In this document: piece by piece, positions 1-13,649 of the stretch | Position numbering within the stretch: position 1 is the first letter of the stretch | Layout: each line of letters starts with the position of its first letter | NCBI RefSeq assembly: GCF_018350175.1 | Contig: NC_058376.1 | Location: 1,984,001-2,048,000, forward strand | From: Felis catus | Taxonomy: Eukaryota | Reading direction: 5' to 3' | Length of the DNA: 64,000 nucleotides | Program-made: the position numbers and the translations under genes | Notes under the pieces: generated by a model | The model's database searches: none | What the model saw: only the letters and a program-made list of their open reading frames with translations | What the model was told of the DNA's origin: nothing

Positions 1-2082
1 TAATTTTACTTAGCATAATACTCTCTAGTTCCCTCCATGTCTTTATAAGATTTCAGTCTTTTCAAAGGCTGAGTAATATTCCGTTATATGCATATATCTA
101 TCTATCTCTGTATCTACACATACACACACACACACACACCCCTTCTTGATCAGTCGATGGACGTTTGGGCTCTTTCCAAAATTTGCTGTTTTAAGTAATG
201 CTGCTATAAACATTGGGGTGCACATATCCCTTTGAATTAGTATTTTTATATCCTTTGGGTAAGTATCTAACAATGCAACAGCTGGATCGTAGGGTAGTTC
301 TATTTTTAACTTTTTGAGGAACCTCCACACTGTTTTTCAGAGTGGCTACACCAGTTTGCATTGCCACCAACAATGCAAAAGAGATCCTCTTCCTCCGCAT
401 CCTCACCAACATCTGTTGTTGCCTGAGTTGTTAATGTGAGCCATTCTGACAGGTATAAGGTGGTATCTCATTGTGGTTTTGATTTGCATTTCCCTGATGA
501 TGAGTGATGTGAGCATTTTTTCATCTGTCGGTTGGCCATCTGGATGTCTTCTTTGGAGAAGTGTCTGTTCATGTCTTTTGCCCATTTCTTCACTGGATTA
601 TTTTTTGGGGTGTTGAGTTTGAGAAGTTCTTTACAGATTTTGGATACTAACCCTTTATCAGATATATGATTTGCAAATACCTTCTCCTATTCTGTAGGTT
701 GCCTTTTAGTTTTGTTGGTTGTTTCCTTCTCTCTGAAGAAGCTTTTTATTTTGATATAGTCCCAGGAGTTAGTTTATTTTTGCTTTTGTTTCCCCTGCCT
801 TGGGGAATAAATATAGAAAAATGTTGTTATGGTGGATGTAAGAGCAATCACTGCCTGTGTTCTCTTCCAGGATTTTTATGGTTTCAGGTCTCATATTTAG
901 GTCTTTATTTTGAGTTAATTTTTGTGCATGGTGTAAGAAAGTGGTCTGGTTTCATTCTTTTGCACATTGTCGTCCGATTTTCCCAACACCATTTGTTGAA
1001 GAGACTGTCTTTTTCCCTTTGGATGTCCTCCCTTGTTTTGTCGAAGATTAATTAACCATATAACTCTAGGTTTATTTCTGGAATTTTCTATTCTGTCCTA
1101 TTGATCTATTTGTCTATTTTTGTGCCAGTACCATACTCTCTTGATGACTACAGCTTTGTAATATAACTTGAACTCTAGAATTATTATGCCTCCAGCTTCG
1201 CTTTGCTTTTTCAAGGTTGCTTTGGCTATTCAGGGTCTTTTGTGGTTCCATACAAATTTTAGGACTGTTTGTTCTAGTTCTGTGAAAAATGCTGTTGGTA
1301 TTCTGATAAGGATTTCATTACATGTGTAGATTGTTTTGGGTAGTATAGACACTTTAACAATATTTGGTTTTTCAATCCATGAGCATGGAATCTCTTTCCA
1401 TTTCTTTGTGTTCTTTTCAGTTCCTTTCACCAGTGTTCTGTAGTTTTGAGAGTGCAGATATTTACCTCTTTGGTTAGGTTTATTCTTAGGTATCTTATTA
1501 TTTTTGGTTCAATTGTAAATGGGATTTTTTTCTTAATTTCTCTGTTGACTTCTTCATTATCGGTGTGTAGAAATGCAACAGATTTCTGTATTGGTTTTGT
1601 ATCCTGTGACTTTACTGAATTTATTTATCAGGTCTAGCAGTTTTTTGGTAGAGTGTTTCGGGTTTCTTATCTATAGTATCATGTCATCTGCAAACGGTGG
1701 AAGTTTGACTTTCTTCTTACTCACTTGGATGCCTTTGTTGTTGCTGTCTGTTGCTAAGACTTCTAGTACTATGTTGAATACAGTGGTGAGAGTGGACATC
1801 CCTGTCTTGTTTCAGACCTTAGGGGAAAGGCTGTCAGGATGATGTTAGCTGTGAGGTTTTTATATATTGCCTTTGTTTTATTGAGGTATGTTTCCTCTAA
1901 ATCTACTCTGTTGAAGTTTTTTATCATGAATAGATGTTGTACTTTGTCAAATGTTTTTTCTGCATCTATTGAAATGATCATATGGTTCTTATCCTTTTAT
2001 TAATGTGGTATATCACATCAATTGCTTTGCAAATATTGAACCATTCTTTATATTGAATAAATCCCAATTGATTGTGGTGAAT

Positions 2083-2279
2083 NNNNNNNNNNNNNNNNNN
2101 NNNNNNNNNNNNNNNNNNNNNNNNNNNNNNNNNNNNNNNNNNNNNNNNNNNNNNNNNNNNNNNNNNNNNNNNNNNNNNNNNNNNNNNNNNNNNNNNNNNN
2201 NNNNNNNNNNNNNNNNNNNNNNNNNNNNNNNNNNNNNNNNNNNNNNNNNNNNNNNNNNNNNNNNNNNNNNNNNNNNNNN
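2083..2279. other. Assembly gap (N run)
   Basis: Run of n characters. Confidence 1.
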
Positions 2280-4012
2280 TAGTTTTTGGAATAGTTTGAG
2301 AAGAATAGGTATTAACTCTCCTTTAAATGTCTGATAGAATTCCCCTGTGAAGCCATCTGGCCCTGGACATTTTTTTGTTGTTGGGATTTTCTTGATTATG
2401 GATTCAAATTCTTTGCTGGTAATTGGTCTGTTCAAAATTTCTATTTCTTGCTGTTTCAGTTTTGGTAGGTTATATGTTTCTAGGAATTTATCCTTCTCAG
2501 TTGTTAATTTGTTAGTATATAGTTTTTTATAATGTTCTCTTATGATTATTTGTATATCTGTGAGGTTTATTGTTATTTCTTTTCTCTCATTTGTAATTTT
2601 ATTTTTGGGTGTCCTTTCTCTTTTTGTCTTGATTATTCTGGCTAGAGGTTTATAAATTTTATTGAATTTTTTTTTCAAATAACTAGCTCTTGGTTTCATT
2701 GATCTGTTTTGCTGTTTGTTTTGTTGTTGTTTGTTTGTTTTAGTTTCTATATCATTAATTTCTGCTCTGATCTTTATTATTTCCCATCTTCTTCTCGTTT
2801 TAGGCTTTATTTGCTATTCCGTTTTTAGATCCTTGAGGTGTAAGGTTAGGTTGTATATTTGAGTCTTTTCTTGCTTCTTGAGGTAGAGCTGTATTGCTAT
2901 AGACTTCTTTCTTAGAACTGCCTTTGCTGCATCCCAAAGGTTTTGGACCCACTTGTTTTCATTTTCACTTGTTTCTATGTATTTTTTAAAAATTTCTTTA
3001 ATGTTCTGGTTGACCCATTCATTCTTTAGTAGGATGTTCCCTAACCTCCATGTATTCGTGTTCTTTCCAGAGTTTTTCTTGTGGTTGACTTCAAGTTTCA
3101 TAGTGTTGTGGTCAGAAAAGGTGCATGTTATGACTCCAGTCTCTTTAGATTTGTTGAGGCTTGATTTTGACCTGATATATGATTTATTCTGTAGAATGTT
3201 CCATGTGCCCTTGAAAAGAATGTGTATTCTGCATTGAAAAGAATGGAATGTTCTGAATATAGCTGTTAAGTCCAGTGTGTCATTCAAAGCCACTGTTCCT
3301 TGTTGATTTTCTGCTTAGATGATCTGTCCATTGTTGTAAGTGGGGTGTTAAAGCCCTTTACTATTATTGTATTTTTATAAATTAGTTTCTTTGTGTTTGT
3401 TATTAACAAATTAGTTTCTTTGTGTTTATATATTTAGGTGCATCTCTGTTGGGTGTGTAAATGTTTACAGTTGTTATATCTTCTTGTTGGATTGTCCCCT
3501 TTATTATTATATTATGTCCTTGTTTGCCTCCTGCTACAATCTTTGTTTTTAAATCTAGTTTGTCCTATATAAGTGTGGCCACTCCAGCTTTCTTTTGACC
3601 TCCATTTGTATGATAAATGTTTCTCCATCCCCTCACTTTCAATTAGCAGGTGTCTTTAGGTCTAAAATGAGCCTCCTGTAGGCAGAATATAGATGGGTCT
3701 TGTTTTTTTTTTTCTTTAATCTATTCTGTCACCCTCTGTATTTTGATTGAAGAGTTTAGTCCATTTACATTCAAAGTAATTAATTGATAGATATGTATTT
3801 ATTGCCATTTTATTGTTTTGTGGTTGTCTCTGAAGATTTTCTCTGATCCCTTTTTGTCTTTCTTTCATGGTTGAGACTTGCTGGTTTCTTTAGTGATGTA
3901 TTTGGAATTCTCTTTATTCTTTTCATATTTATTAGTAGGTTTTGACATATGGTTACCATTAGGTTTGTATATAACCTCTTCTGCATATAGCAGTTCATCT
4001 TAAGTTGATGTT

Positions 4013-4152
4013 NNNNNNNNNNNNNNNNNNNNNNNNNNNNNNNNNNNNNNNNNNNNNNNNNNNNNNNNNNNNNNNNNNNNNNNNNNNNNNNNNNNNNNNN
4101 NNNNNNNNNNNNNNNNNNNNNNNNNNNNNNNNNNNNNNNNNNNNNNNNNNNN
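4013..4152. other. Assembly gap (N run), probably over a SINE tail
   Basis: Run of n characters directly adjoining a CanSINE. Confidence 1.
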
Positions 4153-4300
4153 GAGAGGGAAGGAGAGAAAGAATCCCAGGCAGACTCCATGCTGTCAGCA
4201 CAGAGCCCAGTGTAGGGCTCAATCTCATGAACCATGAGATCATGATCTGAGCCAAAATCAAGAGTCAGATGCTTAACTGACTAAGCCACCCAGACACCCC
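4153..4300 (-). mobile_element. CanSINE (partial) inserted in the L1
   Basis: Reverse complement of GGGGTGTCTGGGTGGCTTAGTCAGTTAAGCATCTGACT tRNA-derived head plus CT-rich region. Confidence 0.85.
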
Positions 4301-6196
4301 ATGAACCCATTCTTTACTCCTCCCCATATTTTAGATATATGTTGTTATATTTTACATCCTTTTATTTTGTGAGTTCCTGGACTGACTTTTTACAGAAATA
4401 TTCATTTTTTACAGAAACATTCATTTCTTACCTTCATCCTGCCACTTTTGGTCATTCTTTCCACTCAAATAATCCTCATTAGTATTTCTTGCAGGGCTGG
4501 TTTAGTGGTCATGAACTCCTTTCATTTTTGTTTGTCTGGGAAACTCTTTATATCTCCTTCTATTCTGAATATTAGCCTTGCTGGATAGAGTATTCTTGGC
4601 TGAAATTCTCCCTTTCAGCACTTTGAAGATACCATGCACCTCCCTTCTGGCCTGGAAAGTTTCTGCTGGAAAATCTCCTGCTCGCCTTAGATGTTTTCCC
4701 TTTTAATATAATTCTTCTTTTATCTTGCTGCTTCTCATATTTGGTCTTTATCACTGTATTTTGCAATCTTAAATACAATATGTCTTGGTGTGGATCTGCT
4801 TTTGTGGATTTTGTTGGCGGTTCTCTGTGCCTCCTGCATCTAGATATCTGTTTCCTTTCCCAGACTAGAGAAGTTTTCAGTTATTATTTCTCTGCCTTAT
4901 TTTCTCTCTCTTCTTCTTCTGGGATCCATATAATATGAATTTTATTACATTTTGTTACATTTCATGGATTCACTGATTTCCCTAAGTCTATTTTCATGTT
5001 CTATAATTCTTTTTTTTTTTTCCTCTTTATTCACCCTCATTGCTTTCCATTACTCTGTCCTCTAGGTCATTGACTCATTCCTCTGCTTCTTCCAACCTGC
5101 TGTTCATCCTATCCAGCATGTTTGTCATTTCATTTATTGAAACTTTTATCTCTGCTCTTATACTTTATCTCTGTGTTAATGGTCTCACTGATGTCTTCCA
5201 CTCTTTTCTCAAGTCCATTGAGTATCCTTACGATCATTGCTTTAAATTTTCCATCAGGCATGTTACTGATATCTATTCCTCTTAAATCTCTTGCCGTGAC
5301 CTTGTCCTGTTCTTTCATCTGGGACAAATTCCTCTGTCTTCTATTTTGCCTAAGTCTGTGTGCCTGCTTCTGTGTGTTAGGAGTCACTCTCCTGTTCTTA
5401 AAGGTAATGGCCTTATGAGGAAGAGGTCCATTAGGGCCCCTAATGTAGTGTTCCCTGTTCCCCAGAATCTAATGCTTCCAGGAGTGTCTCTGGTGTGTTC
5501 TGTGTGTACTCTGCTGTTATGTCCTGGCCACTTTATCTTTCAAGCCAGTCATCTCTAGGCTCTCTTTGCCTGTTGTGGGAAGTGTTTGGTCCCTGGCCTG
5601 AATGTGGCACATTTTAATGAGTTGTGCTCTGGCCTGCTTGTGAAATGAGACTTGTTGCCACCACCACCGGAACCAAGGTCTTGCAAAACTCCTGTGTTGG
5701 GAAGTGCAGTGTGAGCAGGGGTTTGGGCTGGTCTTCTGGGGGGGGGGGGGAAATGTCATGCTGGGACTGTGGTGAGCATGACTGGAAAGGGTGGCTCTTC
5801 TGGAACACGGGGGAATGAGGCTTGGTGTAAGCAAGGTAGATAGCCAGTGTCAGCACTGGGCTGGTTCCTGCAGGTGGCCCTGTGCTTTTGATGGAGGTTG
5901 TAGGAGGGAGATGGCATTGGCCAGTTCCTTTGTTCACAGAGAAGTCTCTCCGTGAATGCTGCCTCTCTTGGATATGCTTCTAGATGAGCGAATAATATCC
6001 CCACTGTGTGCCCCAGGTGCTCTTCAGATTGCTGTTTCCATGCTGTATGTCTGTGGACTGTTTGCCTGTCTTTTCTCCAAGAGCAACCCGGTGTCCTCTG
6101 CGCTGTCCCAGAGACAAGCACACTGATCTTTCAAACTCCAGGCTCTAAGCCCCACTGGTTGTAAGAATTCATGAAACTTGGGCCCTTTCACTTTCT

Positions 6197-6407
6197 TTTT
6201 TTTTTCAACGTTTATTTATTTTTGGGACAGAGAGAGACAGAGCATGAACGGGGGAGGGGCAGAGAGAGAGGGAGACACAGAATTAGAAACAGGCTCCAGG
6301 CTCTGAGCCATCAGCCCAGAGCCTGACGCGGGGCTCAAACTCACGGACCGCGAGATCGCGACCTGGCTGAAGTCGGACGCTTAACCGACTGCGCCACCCA
6401 GGCGCCC
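6197..6407 (-). mobile_element. Young felid SINEC_Fc-type CanSINE with 18-bp target-site duplication
   Basis: CpG-rich, consensus-like body; identical TSD TGGGCCCTTTCACTTTCT at 6179-6196 and 6408-6425. Confidence 0.92.
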
Positions 6408-7487
6408 TGGGCCCTTTCACTTTCTAAGCCACTTGCAGTGGGGCTTTGTTTCCCCCGTGTGCTTCCCTGTGTGTTAGTCTGTCTCTCCCCCTTCTCCACG
6501 ACCACTGTTCCTTTCCCACTGCAATGGCCACGATCTGTGTCTCTTTCAAGCCACATCTCTGCACATCCTACCTTCTTTGATGTGACCTTTTCTCCCCCAT
6601 TAGTTGTGGGGTTTGTTCTGCCAGTCTTCAGATCAATTTCTGGGGTATTTAGGATGACTTGATGGTTGTCTAGTTGTATTCATGGGACAAGGCCAGCTTG
6701 GGGTTCTCCTACTCCAGTACCATCTTCCCCCCTTCTTGAGTCTTCAGTTTTAGATACGATGTGAGTTTCTGTGGTGGAGGAAGGCACTTCCTTATATTTT
6801 CCACCAGGCCCATAAAAAGTTCCTTTTCCTAGAAGGCAGCAAAAGTTGGTCAAATCGGTGTCAAATCTGTATCATTTTAACCAGGGTGTATTGCTCATAG
6901 CCAGGTCTGTGTAGTGGAGCCAGACTTAATTTCCTCATTTCTACATGTTTTGCTTTTGCTTGTGTTTTTCTGTTCTTAGAGTTAACAATTGCTTCTTATG
7001 TTTATTTGCTTATTTCTTTGTGTACCTATCATTAAATCATCCCCAAATCCTCTGACTAATGTATCCCCAAGGTCCACTCAAGAAGGTTGAACATATTGGG
7101 TAGTCTGCCAGCTCCATTTATTTTGTGGAAACATCTCTCCAAGAACTCTTTCTATTTGTGGGCTGTTGTCTGCTGTCTATTCCCTCAGCTGCACGTGTGT
7201 ACAGGTGTCATCCAGGGATCTCTCCTCACCATTGTCTTTGGATTTTCCTCCATATCTCTCCTACCATGAATCTCTTATTTCCTGAATGTGGTGTTCTTTT
7301 CTTTCTGGATTTATGCCTTTTTTTTGAGGAAGCACACCCTCTGGTAGCTTTCTGAAAATGGGTGCATGGGAGATAAATTTTTGAGTGTGACATAACTAAA
7401 AATTATTTTATTTATTCTCCACTTATTCTTGATTAATAATTTAGCTGGGTATAGTCCTCTGGATTGGAAAGGTTTTCCCTTAGAATA

Positions 7488-7693
7488 TTTTTTATGTATA
7501 TTTATTTTTGAGAGAGAGAGAGGCAGAATGAGAGAGGGGAGGGGCAGAGAGAGAGGGAGACACAGAATCCAAAGCAGGCTCCAGGCTCCAGGCTGTCAGC
7601 ACAGAGCTTGATGTGGGGTTTGAACTCAAGAATTGCGAGATCATGGCCTGAACCGAAGATGGACGCCTAACCAACTGAGCCACCAAGGTGCCC
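7488..7693 (-). mobile_element. CanSINE
   Basis: Typical head, CT region and A tail; TSD-like TTCCCTTA(G/C)AATATTTTT on both sides. Confidence 0.88.
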
Positions 7694-8487
7694 TTCCCTT
7701 ACAATATTTTTTGAAGACAGAATGTTTCCAGAATCCCAAGTGTTCCCTTGTGCTGTTTCTCCATTAACCCACCTCCTCCAAGGAGTCGCTATTCCACCTT
7801 ATCTCTGCCTGGATTGGTTTCGCCTCTTCTGCCTACTCCTTGGTTTATGGCTCCTTTTGTTCAACACAGTGTCTGTGATAAGCATCCATGTTGCTGCAGA
7901 TTCAGTAGTTCGTTCTTTTTTTGCTGTGCCATAAAAGTTGTTACGTTAAACCTGCTATGTGTTATTGATTCACTCTCTTTCCCAGTGATGGAGTTTTGGA
8001 TTGTTTCCAGAATTTGGCTAATATTAATAATGCTGCTATAAAAATTCCTGTGCATTTTGTTTTTGGTGGACATATCTGTCAATATCTCTTTAATGAGATT
8101 CCATGAGTGGGATTTCCAGATCAAATGTTAGGCGCAGGTGCAGTTGAGCAGATATATTTTTTTGTCCAATGGCTTTCTAAAAACATTTACATTCCCACGG
8201 ACCAATCTTATGACTTCTAGTCACTCTGAATCTTTTATAAAAGAGGTATTGTCAGTGTTTTAAAATTTTTACCCATTTTGGAAAGGGTGTAGGGATACCA
8301 CATCATTACATTAATTTGCATTCCCTGATGAGTAAAGCTGCTCATTAAACATTTGGATGTCTTTTCTTGTGAGGTGCCAGTTCAAGTCATTTGCTTGTCT
8401 TTTTGTTAAAAGTAGGATTATTTGTATTTCTCATTGGCTTATAAAAATTTATTATATATTCCAAATATGAGTTAGTTGTATGTATGC

Positions 8488-8690
8488 AGTGGTGTGTGAT
8501 AAATGTTTAATAATTGGCTCTCTATAAAACAAAACAAAACAAAACAAAACATAACAAAACAAAACAAAATGAGCCCTGATTTGTTGCATGTCCCTGCTTC
8601 TGTGCTGTAAACACACCACAGCTACCACCATGATGTTCTGAGCACAGACCTGGGAAGAGCTGATACACGTGTGCTTCAGCACTCCATTGG
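8488..8690. mobile_element. MER63-like hAT DNA transposon containing an (AAAAC)n microsatellite (8526-8569)
   Basis: Ends CAGTGGTGTG and CACTCCATTG form imperfect terminal inverted repeats; internal taaatgtttaa...gccctgatttgt matches MER63 as recalled. Confidence 0.6.
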
Positions 8691-8775
8691 ATATGAGCAT
8701 TACACAGGACTCTTCCTAGAGGGAGTTTCATTTCCTCATCCTCTTGATGGCGTCCTTTTAAAAGAGTCAACTTCA

Positions 8776-8965
8776 GGGGCACCTGCGTGGCTCACGATCT
8801 CACAGTTCGTGGGTTCGAGCCCCGCGTCGGGCTCTGTGCTGACAGCTGGGAGCCTGGAGCCTGCTTCTGATTCTCTGTCTCCCTCTCTCTCTGCCCCTCC
8901 CCTGCTCATGCTCTGTCTTTCTCTCTCTCAAAAATAAATAAACATTAAAAATTTTTTTTAAATAA
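8776..8965 (+). mobile_element. CanSINE
   Basis: GGGGCACCTG head, CT-rich body, A tail; TSD-like AAA(G/A)AGTCAACTT. Confidence 0.88.
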
Positions 8966-11410
8966 AAAAGTCAACTTTATTGAGGTATGATTACATACTG
9001 GAATGTGTATCCATCTAAAGTTTCCATTTGTTGAGTTTTGGGAAAATCTGCCCCGGCATGCCCACTGCCATGAGCAAGATAGAGAACTTTTCCATCATCC
9101 CCCAAATTTCTCATGTGTTCTTAATCCCACCTCCTTTTAACCTTGACCTGGGAAATTCCAGATCTCCTTCCCATCTAGGTTAGTTTTGTCTTCTCTACAG
9201 TTTCACATAAATTAAATTACATTGCACCAACTCTTTGGGTTTGACTTCCTCCCCTGAGTATATTGAGATGTATAAACATGTACGTGATTGCCTTCTTTCT
9301 GTGCTGAGTAGCATTCCATTGTGTGGATATAACACAATTTGTTTATCCACTCAGCTGTTGATGCACATATGGCTAGTATGAACATTCGTGAGCAATTCTT
9401 CATGTGGACTTGTGTTATCTTTGCTCTTGGGTAAACAGCCAGGGGTAGAATGTCTGGGCCACATGGTTGGCATATGATTAAGAGACTGCCAAACCGGTTC
9501 CAAAGTGACCGTACCCGTCCACGTTCCCACAGGCACACGCGTACGCTCTGGTTCTTCCACATCCTCCCTGACACTCGGGGTAGTTAGACTTTCTGACGTG
9601 CGGCGTAGACTACCCCGAGTTAGTCTAGTTAGTTAGGCGTCCTAATGGATGTGTTGTGGTTCATGGTGTCCTTTGACGAATAGGAGTTCCTAATTTTAAT
9701 GAAGTCCAACGCAGTGATTCTCTCCTTTTATGTTTAGTGTTTTTCTTAATGTACTATTTCCAGTCTTTGCCTACCACACATGGTGAGGATATTCTCCTGT
9801 GTGTCCTTCTGGACCTCCACTATTTCACCTTCCACATGAAGCCCTAAGATTCCTGCCTCCCCTCCATTAATTTTGTGTGTGGCGTGAGGTAAAAGGCAGT
9901 TTGTTTTGCCCACATGGAGAGCCGGTGGGCCGGTCTCACCACTACCCCGCTGAACCGCAGTGACATCCTGATTGGGGATCAAGTGGCACTGGGGGTGAGG
10001 GTCGTTACTGGGCCCCTGGGAGGCCCCTTGGTCTGTAAGTCTGATCCACATCTGGATCTTGTGCTTTGTGTGACAGATAGTGTCGCCTGTCCTTCAAGTT
10101 CTCCTAGGATCCCTATCTTTTCAAGTGTTTTAGCTTTCCTGACACTGATTTCAGGGATGATCTTTTCCTAGACAGTTATCCCCTTTGCCTAAAAAGTTTG
10201 ATTGTGTTGACTTAAAGATGTATATTTTTCTATAATTTCACATTTTCTCCATCGCCTGTCGTGTGCCTGTTTTCATATTCAATATCCATTATCTTTCAGG
10301 TTTCCAACATTTTTATTCTTTTATAGACCTTTTAAAAACACTCCATTTTCTTGATTAGATCTACTATTGCTTTTTCTGTTTTTAATTCATTAATTTTATT
10401 AATTTGTTTCTTTTTTTTTCCTTTGGAAGTTTTTTTTTTTTAACTTTCTGAATTGAAATCTTACTTATTGTAAACTTTGCTTATTTTCTGCTGTATGTCC
10501 TTAAGGATTTGATTGCCCCCTGAATCCTGCTTCACTCAAACCCCCAGGCTCTGAGATGTAGGACTTGGCTTCCTTTATGTCCTGGGAACTTGCAATTGCG
10601 TTTCTGTTTCCTTTCCAGTTTGAGAAAGCAACTTTAAATTTTCCCAATGAAACTTCTATTTATTGCTCTAAGTTTGTCTTACTGAATCTGGCTCAGGAAT
10701 TGGTCTATGTAACATGTCTTTACTTTTCTGGCTAGTATTTTGATTATAAAATATTTCAAAAAGCATAGAAAATAATATAATAGACATCTACGTACCTAGG
10801 AATTAACAGAAATCTTAACCTTTTGCCATACTTACAGAATATTCCAGATGCCGTCAACACCCTCATGTGCCCACCCCGCTCCCTCCCTTGGGGTAGCCAG
10901 CCCCTGTTTGGAGGCTGGCGTTCACACCCCCCCACACACACACACCTTTGTAGTTTTAGTAGAGTTGTTTACAGTCGTGAAGACAAGATATTCCTCTGTG
11001 CTTTTAACCTTCCGATGTGTGCTCTTCTGCATGGATCGGTTGCAACGTGATTCTTGTTCTCACTCCATGTTATGTTTTTGAGACCCGTTCACGTCGATGT
11101 GTTTCTCCGGTTCAGTCCTTTTAACCGCTACATGCACTTCCTTTGTGTGCACACGCGCACTCTAGCTGTCCATTCTCCCGCCGAGGAGTGCCCGCTGGTT
11201 TTTAACATTGACGCCTTTTGAGCTCCGTGAAATAACCCACGTGGGGGTCAGGTGCAGCCTGTGAGGTCTTCTCCAGGAGAGCCACCTTGGGGTGTGCACG
11301 GACTCGGCCTCTCCGGGTTGTTACCACTTTGCCCCGAAACAGGAGGACTGTCGCCAGAAGCACTGAACAGAGAGCTGTGCTTGTTGTCAGACTTGGACAT
11401 TTCTGCCAAT

Positions 11411-11893
11411 GTGATGGGGGGGGGTCCCCAGGATTTGGTGATTTGCCGGGGGACCTCGCACGACTCAGCACACACAGCACAAAGGTGCACGGGGAAAAGT
11501 CGAGGGGCACCAGGCACACGTTTCCAGAGCCCTTCCCAGTGGAGTCATACAGGATGCGCTTCACTCCCCAGCTAGGAGCTGTGACAACACATGTGATGTG
11601 TCGCCCCCCACTCCCGCCCCCACCCAGGGACCCATCAGAGATCACGGTTTCTATCAGGGCCCAGTCACATGGGCACCCTCTGCCTGGCTCGTACCCAAAT
11701 TCCAGACCCCCAGGCAGAGCAGGTATTCAGCACAAGCCATAGTATTTGCACAATGTACACCCATTGGGGCCCTCCTATCACCTGGGTGGGAACCCCAAAA
11801 TCCACATTCCCAGACAACAGCCAAGGGCTCATGCTGTGAGCAGGCCTGAGGGCGGCCATGCCGGGCCTGCGGTGCTAACTCCCAACTACACAG
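11411..11893. mobile_element. MER77/MER21-like solo LTR just beyond the 3' end of KRTAP10 copy 1
   Basis: Motifs cccagtggagtcatacaggatgcgctt, tgtgacaacacatgtga and caccctctgcctgg...aaattccagac match MER77 as recalled. Confidence 0.6.
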
Positions 11894-12182
11894 GGCCCGT
11901 GGCATCCATCCTTCTGGAGTGTGGGGGCTGGAGACAGTCTGGGTCCAGGGAAGTCGCCCCGAAAGGTGGCTCTTCCCCGGGGTGGATCACTCAGCCCTTA
12001 TGTCCTTGACACTGTGCTCTGTTTTGGACACACACGTAGCCAGAGGCACCGCCTCGACCGCCGAAGGCCAGGAACATGCGGGCCTGGGGAAAACCACAGG
12101 CCGCGCTCGTGGGGGATGTCAGCCAGGGGTCCTTGTTGGAAAGCACAGAAATGCATCCTGGTTAAGTTGATAAAGAAAAGAA

Positions 12183-12188
12183 TTTATT
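12183..12188 (-). terminator. Polyadenylation signal of KRTAP10 copy 1
   Basis: AATAAA on the minus strand about 390 bp after the stop codon. Confidence 0.75.
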
Positions 12189-12578
12189 GGAGGAACCGAT
12201 AGCTCGTGGGATGAGGGACGATAAAGAAACCAGCTCGGGAATCAGTGGGGGAGCAGGGGCCACACAGGGTCCAGGGGTGACGCTGCGGATACTGTATCTT
12301 CTCTCCCTCCACTCCACATACGGTCCGAAGGCTGCGGGAGGCCCGGCTGGGGTCACTGCCAACCCAGGCTGAGGAGGCAGGGCACGCTGATTTGGGAAGT
12401 CAGCACTTGAGCAAACGAGTGAGCTGTTCGTAGGAGGACAGATGCAAAATGGGGTTGGTGACCGGTGTCCACTGCAGGGACCCAGGAAAGGGGACCTGAC
12501 GCCTGTCTCGGTGCTTTGTAAAGAACCCACAGTGTGTGGAGGAGCTCTCGAGATTCAGGACGCCCTTAAAAAGATCGC

Positions 12579-13649
12579 TCAGCGGCAACACTCCTGGCCC
12601 GAGGCAGGGGTGCAGCAGGCAGGGCGGGGGCACACAGGGCGGCAGAGCAGGGACACGCAGGAGGCCGGGCGGCAGCAGGAGGAGGCAGGGGTGCAGCAGG
12701 CGGGCCTGCACACGGGGCGGCAGAGCAGGGACACGCAGGAGGCCGGGCGGCAGCAGCTGGGCCGGCAGGGGGAGGCAGGGGCGCAGCAGGCAGGGCGGGG
12801 GCACACGGGGCGGCAGAGCAGGGATACACTGGAGGAGGGTCTGCAGCAGGGGCTGGGCTGGCAGCAGGAGGAGGCTGAGCAGGGGGAGTCCTCGCAGCAC
12901 ACAGGGGTGCAGGAGAAGAGCTTGCAGCAGACAGGGGTGCAGCAGACGGGCTTGCAGCACACAGGGGTACAGCAGTCTTCCTGGCAGGGGGAGGAGGTGC
13001 AGCAGGACGGCTGGCGACATGAAGAGGTTGTGCAGGGGGAGTCCTCGCAGCACACAGGGGTGCAGCAGACGGGCTTGCACACGGGGCGGCAGAGCAGGGA
13101 TACACTGGAGGAAGGTCTGCAGCAGGGGCTGGGCTGGCAGCAGGAGGGGGCTGAGCAGGGGGAGTCCTCGCAGCACACAGGAGTGCAGCAGACAGGCTTG
13201 CAGCAGACAGGGGTGCAGCAGACGGGCTTGCAGCAGTCTTCCTGGCAGGGGGAGGAGGTGCAACAGGACGGCTGGCAGCATGAAGAGGTTGTGCAGGGGG
13301 AGTCCTCGCAGCACACAGGGGTGCAGGAAAAGAGCTTGCAACAGACAGGGGTGCAGCAGATGGGCTTGCAGCACACAGGGGTGCAGCAGACAGGCTTGCA
13401 GCACACAGGGGTGCAGCAGACGGGCTTGCAACACGCAGGGGTGCAGCAGTCTCCCTGGCAGGGGGAGGAGGGGCCGCACAGGAGGGTCAGGCAGGGGGCA
13501 GGGGCGCAGCACGGGGGCTCGCAGCAGCTCTCTGGGCAGTCGTCCACCTGCCAGGAGGAGTCGGGGCAGGAGTCCGAGGATCCGGGCAGGCAGACGCGGC
13601 TGTCATAGCTCAGGTCGCTGGAGCAGACGGACAGGGTGGACGCGGCCAT
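12579..13649 (-). CDS. KRTAP10: Keratin-associated protein 10 family member, copy 1, 356 aa, antisense in TSPEAR intron 1
   Basis: Single exon starting gccATGg. [15 protein letters not shown]...[19 protein letters not shown]-terminus typical of KRTAP10, then CCxPx pentapeptide repeats, ending SGQECCR. TATAAAA at 13739-13745 (-), AATAAA at 12183-12188 (-). The upstream ORF-track extension runs through the TATA box and is not coding. Confidence 0.95.
   Translation of the reverse strand: MAASTLSVCSSDLSYDSRVCLPGSSDSCPDSSWQVDDCPESCCEPPCCAPAPCLTLLCGPSSPCQGDCCTPACCKPVCCTPVCCKPVCCTPVCCKPICCTPVCCKLFSCTPVCCEDSPCTTSSCCQPSCCTSSPCQEDCCKPVCCTPVCCKPVCCTPVCCEDSPCSAPSCCQPSPCCRPSSSVSLLCRPVCKPVCCTPVCCEDSPCTTSSCRQPSCCTSSPCQEDCCTPVCCKPVCCTPVCCKLFSCTPVCCEDSPCSASSCCQPSPCCRPSSSVSLLCRPVCPRPACCAPASPCRPSCCRPASCVSLLCRPVCRPACCTPASSCCRPASCVSLLCRPVCPRPACCTPASGQECCR

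Larger units (their letters stand above)
1..6740 (-). mobile_element. Near-full-length, disrupted LINE-1 (carnivore type); 3' end runs off the window start
   Basis: Minus-strand fragments of ORF2 (ATG about 3808; endonuclease; [15 protein letters not shown]; [16 protein letters not shown]; TRQGCPLSP; [16 protein letters not shown]) and ORF1 (about 5387, QMKEQDK). Many frameshifts and stops; 5' boundary approximate. Confidence 0.9.
7780..11250 (-). mobile_element. Old L1 (L1M-type) 3' fragments, interrupted by other repeats
   Basis: Degenerate L1 3' UTR and ORF2-end motifs (e.g. cattccattgtgtggatataacacaatttgtttatccac); boundaries approximate. Confidence 0.6.

Noticed and set aside
1-6740. 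Possibly active L1
   Set aside because: ORF1 and ORF2 are broken by many stops and frameshifts, and the element carries SINE insertions.
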